A stretch of DNA of 64,000 nt from Alcaligenaceae bacterium (GTDB taxonomy: Bacteria; Pseudomonadota; Gammaproteobacteria; Burkholderiales; Burkholderiaceae_B), in the NCBI GenBank assembly GCA_947379755.1, contig CANCOC010000002.1, forward strand, positions 35,169 through 99,168. The letters run 5' to 3'. The position numbers and the translations under genes were made by a program. The notes under the pieces are model-generated. The model made no database searches, was not told the DNA's origin, and was given only the letters and a program-made list of their open reading frames with translations. Numbering within the stretch: the stretch's first letter is position 1; every line of letters begins with the position of its first letter. Positions 58,814-64,000 of this stretch are shown in pieces.

Positions 58814-59677
58814 GTGAAAAAAATCAATTTGCGCCAACGACTCAACCAGGGTTCTGCCGTACTGGCGCCTGGCGTCTACGATGCGCTGACCGCACTGATT
58901 GCTGAGCGTGCGGGCTTTGAGGCGCTCTACCTGTCAGGCGGCGCAGTCGCCTACACGCAGTTTGGACGTTCTGACATTGGCCTGACGACGGCAACCGAAG
59001 CAGTCAATGTACTCGCGCGGATCACTGATCGCGTCGAGACACCGATCATCGTGGATGGTGACACTGGTTTTGGCAATGCCTTGAATACGCGGCGCACCGT
59101 GCGTGATTTTGAGCGTGCAGGTGCGGCAATGATCCAGCTGGAGGATCAGAGTTTTCCCAAGCGTTGCGGGCACCTCGAAAACAAATCCCTGATCGGTACG
59201 GCAGAAATGTGTGGCAAATTGCGTGCGGCCCTTGATGCACGTCACTCCTCCGAGACCCTGATCCTGGCACGCACCGATGCCGTCGCGGTTGAAGGGCTGG
59301 ATGCTGCAATGGAAAGAGCTGAGGCCTATCTCGCGTGCGGGGTCGATGCACTATTTATCGAGGCCGTGCACTCGGCAGAACAAATGGATATCGTGTGCAA
59401 GCGATTTGCACCCCGCATTCCTCTGCTAGCAAATATGGTCGAAGGTGGCAAGACTCCCATCCAGAGCGCTGATGAACTGAGTGCACGCGGTTTTAAAATC
59501 GTCATTTTCCCTGGTGGCACCGCACGCTTTGCAGCCAAACAGTTTGAAGACTACTTCATGAGCCTGAAAACGCATGGCACCACGCTGCCAATGAAGGCCG
59601 AGATGTTTGATTTCAACGAACTCAACGAACTCATCGGCACACCAGAGTTACTGGCGCTGGGTCAGCGTTACGTCTAG
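58814..59677 (+). CDS. Isocitrate lyase / PEP mutase superfamily C-C lyase (2,3-dimethylmalate lyase / 2-methylisocitrate lyase-like)
   Basis: DGDTGFG, LEDQSFPKRCGH, ARTDA and ANMVEGGKTP motifs. Confidence 0.9.
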   Translation: MKKINLRQRLNQGSAVLAPGVYDALTALIAERAGFEALYLSGGAVAYTQFGRSDIGLTTATEAVNVLARITDRVETPIIVDGDTGFGNALNTRRTVRDFERAGAAMIQLEDQSFPKRCGHLENKSLIGTAEMCGKLRAALDARHSSETLILARTDAVAVEGLDAAMERAEAYLACGVDALFIEAVHSAEQMDIVCKRFAPRIPLLANMVEGGKTPIQSADELSARGFKIVIFPGGTARFAAKQFEDYFMSLKTHGTTLPMKAEMFDFNELNELIGTPELLALGQRYV

Positions 59678-59710
59678 CCTTCGACATTCAATCGACGGCA
59701 GATACAAAGA

Positions 59711-59740
59711 GAGACATCTAGAGACATCAAAAGACATCAT
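59711..59740. repeat. Imperfect 10-nt tandem repeat (GAGACATC-core) x3 over the ribosome-binding region
   Basis: gagacatcta gagacatcaa aagacatcat(g). Confidence 0.75.
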
Positions 59741-60704
59741 GAAAAAAATATTTTTACTATTCGCCATTTTTGGATGCACAGTTTGCTCCCTCTCTGCGCG
59801 TGCCGACTACCCTGACAAACCAATCAAACTGGTTGTACCCTTTCCTCCCGGCGGCAATATCGATGCCACTGCCCGCATCATTGCCAACGGACTCACCGCG
59901 CGGCTCAATGTTGCAGTCATCGTTGAAAACCGCCCGGGTGCTGCAGGGATACTGGGCTCTGAATTTGTTGCCCGTGCTACACCTGATGGCTATACGATGC
60001 TGCTAGGTTCGACTGGAGCCCTAGCACCCGCCAAAGCACTCAATCCTGCGATGAATCTGGACCCGGTCAAAGACTTTGTCGCAGCCTCCCCGATTTCGCG
60101 TGCGGCGCTGGTATTAATTGTGAACCCGACTCTCCCCATCCAGTCCGTGGCGGACCTGATCCACTATGCAAAGGCGCATCCCGGCAAACTCACGATCGCG
60201 TCCTCCGGAACAGGAACAGCAGCCCATCTGACCGCAGAGCTATTCCAGAGCATGAGTGGCACACAGTTTTTACATGTCCCGTATAAAGGGAGCAATCCTG
60301 CTATTGCCGACCTGCTCGGCGGTCAGGTTGACCTGACATTCGACCAGCTCGCCTCGACCCTGCCACAAATCCAATCCGGCAAACTCCGAGCCCTGGGTGT
60401 CACAACCCTGGCGCGCACCGCCGTATTCCCGGAGCTCAAGACCTTATCCGAGTCAGGCTTGCCAAACTTTGAATCCAGCACCACAACTGGCTTGTTGTTG
60501 CCCAAAGGTACATCTGCTGATGCAGTCAAAAAAATCAATGCTGAGGTTCAGGCTATTTTGAAGGCACAAGAAACACAACAGAAGTTTGCCGCACTGGGCG
60601 CTGACGTACAGATAGGCACGGGAGAGGATTTTGACAACACTCTGGCGGCAGATATGCAAAAGTGGGCGAAGGTCGTCAAAGACGCGGGAGTCCAACTGCC
60701 ATGA
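59739..60704 (+). CDS. Bug/TctC family receptor
   Basis: VVPFPPGGNID and VENRPGAAG motifs; start moved to ATG 59739. Confidence 0.93.
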   Translation: MKKIFLLFAIFGCTVCSLSARADYPDKPIKLVVPFPPGGNIDATARIIANGLTARLNVAVIVENRPGAAGILGSEFVARATPDGYTMLLGSTGALAPAKALNPAMNLDPVKDFVAASPISRAALVLIVNPTLPIQSVADLIHYAKAHPGKLTIASSGTGTAAHLTAELFQSMSGTQFLHVPYKGSNPAIADLLGGQVDLTFDQLASTLPQIQSGKLRALGVTTLARTAVFPELKTLSESGLPNFESSTTTGLLLPKGTSADAVKKINAEVQAILKAQETQQKFAALGADVQIGTGEDFDNTLAADMQKWAKVVKDAGVQLP

Positions 60705-61606
60705 GTCTGACGACCCACACTGACGTTCCCCCTATTTGCCTCGCACCCCTTGCGCACCCGAGCAGACCCGTTCATCAACTCCCTCCGGGAGCGACAGACT
60801 GTCATTGCCACGTGTACGAGGACGTTGCACGTTATCCATTGATCGACGAACGTTCATACACCCCCGCACCCGCCTCGAGAAAACAATACCTCGATATGTG
60901 CGCAGTTGTGGGGCTTGGCCGCACTGTACAAGTCAGTGCAAGCGTGTATGGCACAGATAATGCGCTGACGCTCGATGTCATTGCTGAGCTCGGTCAGCAT
61001 CGTGCACGCGGAGTGGCAGGTATTCATCCACAGGCGACCCAGCCCGAACTCGAGCGTCTGCACGAGGGTGGCATTCGAGGCGTACGCGTGTCAACGCACG
61101 TCAAGGGTTATGGAGGGACGGCCGCCATCGCCCAGCTTGCTCCCTTGATTCGACCGCTTGGCTGGCACATCCAGATTCATGTTCACAACGCGGATGAAAT
61201 CGCGGAACTTGAACAATCACTCTTGCATACCAAGGTCCCTCTGGTTTTTGACCATATGGGTGCTGTGCGTGGTGCCCAGGGCGCAACGAACGCTGGATTT
61301 CAGGCAATGCTGCGGATTTTAAAATCCCGGGATGACTGCTGGTCAAAAATTTCGAGCTGGCACCGCCGGTCAGACAGTGGCGCACCTGCCTACACAGATA
61401 TGCAGGAGATGGTTCACATGATGGTTGATCAACGCGTCGATCGACTCGTATTTGGGACAAACTGGCCCAATCCAGCCCTGTTCCCTCCACAACAAATGCC
61501 TGACGACGGCAACACTGTGGAGGTGTTTTGTAACTGGGTCAAGGACGAGGCGACCCGCAAATTGATACTTGTTGATAATCCAGCGCAGCTTTACGGGTTT
61601 GCCTGA
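60701..61606 (+). CDS. Amidohydrolase_2 family (LigI / pyrone-dicarboxylate lactonase-like)
   Basis: DCHCHVY, VQVSASVYGTDN, VFDHMG and VFGTNWP motifs; ATGA overlap with the Bug gene. Confidence 0.88.
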   Translation: MSLTTHTDVPPICLAPLAHPSRPVHQLPPGATDCHCHVYEDVARYPLIDERSYTPAPASRKQYLDMCAVVGLGRTVQVSASVYGTDNALTLDVIAELGQHRARGVAGIHPQATQPELERLHEGGIRGVRVSTHVKGYGGTAAIAQLAPLIRPLGWHIQIHVHNADEIAELEQSLLHTKVPLVFDHMGAVRGAQGATNAGFQAMLRILKSRDDCWSKISSWHRRSDSGAPAYTDMQEMVHMMVDQRVDRLVFGTNWPNPALFPPQQMPDDGNTVEVFCNWVKDEATRKLILVDNPAQLYGFA

Positions 61607-61634
61607 GGACAGTCACACGCCCTGTCACTGCCGC

Positions 61635-62612
61635 TTAATGAGTCGCTCGCTCAATGTATAAGTCCATCGTTGTGACAGCCAGTGCAACGTTTCTCTCGCG
61701 CATCGCAGCCAAAATTTTCCAGCGGAGCGAATCCAGTTCTGGAACATAGACAAGGTTGACATTGTTTTGTTCTGCTCTGGCCTGGACGGTATGCTGGAGC
61801 AGCGTATTGAGTGACTGAGCAATCAAACGCATCACATCATTTCGAGCGGCCAGGCTGATCAAGTCAAAAAACTTGATTGCGGCCTTCATCCGATCTGTCA
61901 TATTGCCAGCCGCAACCAGCTGATCCATATGATTCAGGTTTGCTTCAAGCGCGACAAAATCGGATTCCTCGCCGTTCTGGCACGCCAGTTTTAAAAGCAT
62001 TCCATAAATCAATAGTCTGGCCTGCGCGAGCTCGTGATGAGAGATTTTGCCCTTTTGCGCCATGCTGCGCAGCGACTGCGTGAGCATCATGTAGGCACCC
62101 TTGTAAAAAACAAGCGGGTCCTCCTCGCGCACGACTTCAAACTTTTCGACCTGACCAATAAATATGATGTGGTCCCCGGCATCATGCTGTGCAAACGTAC
62201 TGCACTGAAAGCGTGCCACGCATTGCTCGATCAAGGGCAAATTTGAATAGCCTGTGGTCCAGTGCACGCCTTCGAACTTATCTGTGATGCTGCTAGTCGC
62301 AAAACGCTGAGACAAATGATCTTGGTCTTCGGCCAGCACATTGATCGCAAAGGACTTGGCGGCACGAAATATTTCAATTGATTTGCTCGCCTTGCGCAGG
62401 CTCCAGAGCACGAGCGGCGGCTCAAGTGAAACGGAGCTGAACGAGTTGCAAGTCAGGCCTGAAGGCGCACCCTCTGCATCGCGCGTAGTGATAATTGCCA
62501 CGCCCGTCGGAAAGGTCCCTAATGCGCGACGAAACTCTTGCGAATCAAAGGCTGGTGCAACCGCCGGCGCCTGGAAAGGTGACGCATCGACAAGTGTTTT
62601 AGAGTCCGTCAT
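61635..62612 (-). CDS. Flavin reductase-like domain fused to a degenerate FCD domain
   Basis: FRRALGTFPTGV, SFSSVSLEPPLV and AGDHIIFIG, followed by a helical FCD-like tail. Confidence 0.82.
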   Translation of the reverse strand: MTDSKTLVDASPFQAPAVAPAFDSQEFRRALGTFPTGVAIITTRDAEGAPSGLTCNSFSSVSLEPPLVLWSLRKASKSIEIFRAAKSFAINVLAEDQDHLSQRFATSSITDKFEGVHWTTGYSNLPLIEQCVARFQCSTFAQHDAGDHIIFIGQVEKFEVVREEDPLVFYKGAYMMLTQSLRSMAQKGKISHHELAQARLLIYGMLLKLACQNGEESDFVALEANLNHMDQLVAAGNMTDRMKAAIKFFDLISLAARNDVMRLIAQSLNTLLQHTVQARAEQNNVNLVYVPELDSLRWKILAAMRERNVALAVTTMDLYIERATH

Positions 62613-62938
62613 GCGCCATCCATTTCCACTTCGATATCCAGAAATGGAGCATGTTGTTGCGCTCCAAATGTATCACGTTCACCCACGCTTCCCTGTGCCC
62701 AGGAGCGCTTGAGCGTCATCTTGAAGGCCTTGGCTGGATCAAAGAACATAAACGTCACAACCTGATCGGCCTCGACGTTATACAGCCTGCAAAGTTTTTC
62801 GACTGTCAGCGCACCGCTCGCCTTGACCTTTTCATAAATCGCAGGATTGTCAAAGATCACGTCAAAGGTAATTTCGAAAGGTCCGGCATTTTTGCTGCGC
62901 ACGACCTTGGCTAACTCACGCAATGTTTGGGTCGTCAT
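62609..62938 (-). CDS. DUF4387-type small protein
   Basis: LAKVVRSKNAGPFEITFD...GERDTFGAQQH; start moved to ATG 62938. Confidence 0.85.
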   Translation of the reverse strand: MTTQTLRELAKVVRSKNAGPFEITFDVIFDNPAIYEKVKASGALTVEKLCRLYNVEADQVVTFMFFDPAKAFKMTLKRSWAQGSVGERDTFGAQQHAPFLDIEVEMDGA

Positions 62939-62939
62939 G

Positions 62940-64000
62940 TCAGATCTCCAGATACCGAATGGGGAATAGCTCATTGGGCGACTCGACTTCCATCAGGTGG
63001 TAAACAGAAAACTTGCATACCGGTCCGATCGGATTTTCGGGTGGGTTCAACGGAATCGCAAAATTACCAGCGGTCGCGACTTGACCCGGATACGGGTTGT
63101 GCAGGACCGAAATTCGTGTGCTGTTGCAGATTGCATTGGCCGCTGCCTGAGTAGGTGCGGTGACTTCTCCGAGGAGTCCGATCTCATGCGGGACAAGGTC
63201 CTTGAGTGGCTCAAAGGCACCCATCACTGCGTTCTTGCCATAGACATGAAAATTGATGCTGGCCCTGCCGGACTGCACATCAGGATAGGTTTCACTTGCA
63301 TCCTGTTTGACCTTGGCCAGAAAGCGATCGATCTGTTCGATCAGTATCGGATCGCGGATCCCACCAATAAAAATCGTACGATAGCCAATCACCGATGCGC
63401 CTTCGAGCTTGACCTTGTAGACCTCAGAGGGAATAAAGGTGCTTCCACTCACGCGAACCGTACGATCATTGAGCTGCTCGTAATGTGACTGCCGTAAATC
63501 GAGGATCCCACCAGGGCCCGACAACAGGTCGGGACGTGTCTTTTCATACAGAGAGTGTGCCGCGACGGAAGCAATGGTGCAGCGTTCTGCAGGATTCATC
63601 GGCTCAAGATCAAAGCTGTCCTTGCGAACAGTCGCCAGAATCACCTTGCCCTTGGGCTCGGCACAATTGGCGCCACACTCAACGATCTTGCCCATGTGCC
63701 AGTAAACGCCCGGGTCAATACCATGCAACATGCACAACCCTGCAAAAGGCGCCGGATCATAAGAGCGACCCGAAACAATAATATCGATATCAGGCTGTTC
63801 CTGCAGCACCTTCAGGAATGGCTCGGCACCCATCTGCGCCACAATATTGGTTGACTGCGTCACATCGTCTGCTGTCAGTGCAGGTGCCGAACTGCAAGGC
63901 TCTATCTGACCCGCGCCCAGGCGCTTGAGAATGACCGCCTTGTCAATATCCGAGTAAATCGCGGCAGCCTTGAATTGCCAGCCATTGGTCTTGGCGATCT
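62940..64000 (-). CDS. AtuA-like / DUF1446 family protein (5' end beyond the window)
   Basis: Frame stays open from 63998 to the stop at 62940; AQMGAEPF, GRSYDPA and HMGKIVECGANCAEP motifs. Confidence 0.85.
   Translation of the reverse strand, partial: IAKTNGWQFKAAAIYSDIDKAVILKRLGAGQIEPCSSAPALTADDVTQSTNIVAQMGAEPFLKVLQEQPDIDIIVSGRSYDPAPFAGLCMLHGIDPGVYWHMGKIVECGANCAEPKGKVILATVRKDSFDLEPMNPAERCTIASVAAHSLYEKTRPDLLSGPGGILDLRQSHYEQLNDRTVRVSGSTFIPSEVYKVKLEGASVIGYRTIFIGGIRDPILIEQIDRFLAKVKQDASETYPDVQSGRASINFHVYGKNAVMGAFEPLKDLVPHEIGLLGEVTAPTQAAANAICNSTRISVLHNPYPGQVATAGNFAIPLNPPENPIGPVCKFSVYHLMEVESPNELFPIRYLEI

Overview
64 kb of chromosomal accessory-metabolism DNA, probably from a betaproteobacterium (Burkholderiales, Alcaligenaceae-like; inferred from five Bug/TctC solute-receptor genes and gene content). 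Left to right: rmuC (cut by the left edge); an FKBP PPIase; a Fur-boxed tonB-exbB-exbD-exbD set; an orphan amino-acid SBP; a doubly membrane-anchored TAXI-type protein plus an orphan formyltransferase; an unusual coupled three-gene operon (TM-periplasmic-TM-HAMP-like protein, a paralogous sensor/HAMP module fused to a 12-TM MFS permease, and an ABC_sub_bind-type SBP); a thioesterase and an MFS; a nitrite-assimilation module (nasR, cobA/cysG-A, nirB, nirD, FNT channel, PP2C-Ser/Thr kinase fusion) with readable NtrC sites, two sigma-54 promoters and two ANTAR leaders; an HK/RR/HD-GYP cassette; a galactarate (aldarate) catabolic cluster with a LacI regulator and three operators; frmA; CoA ligase and GST; SBP, aminotransferase, LysR, MFS and serA; nsrR-nnrS converging on nrdJ-DUF3079 (FNR-type promoter); TRAP SBP; a LysR-TauD-Bug-lyase-Bug-amidohydrolase cluster; and an AtuA-like/DUF4387/flavin reductase-FCD operon cut by the right edge. 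I saw no rRNA, tRNA, CRISPR array, transposase or phage gene. The best candidate for an undescribed system is the SBP / paired receptor / HAMP-MFS operon at 8073-11786. All calls come from motif recognition by eye, with no database searches. Several starts were moved from the ORF track to better-supported start codons.
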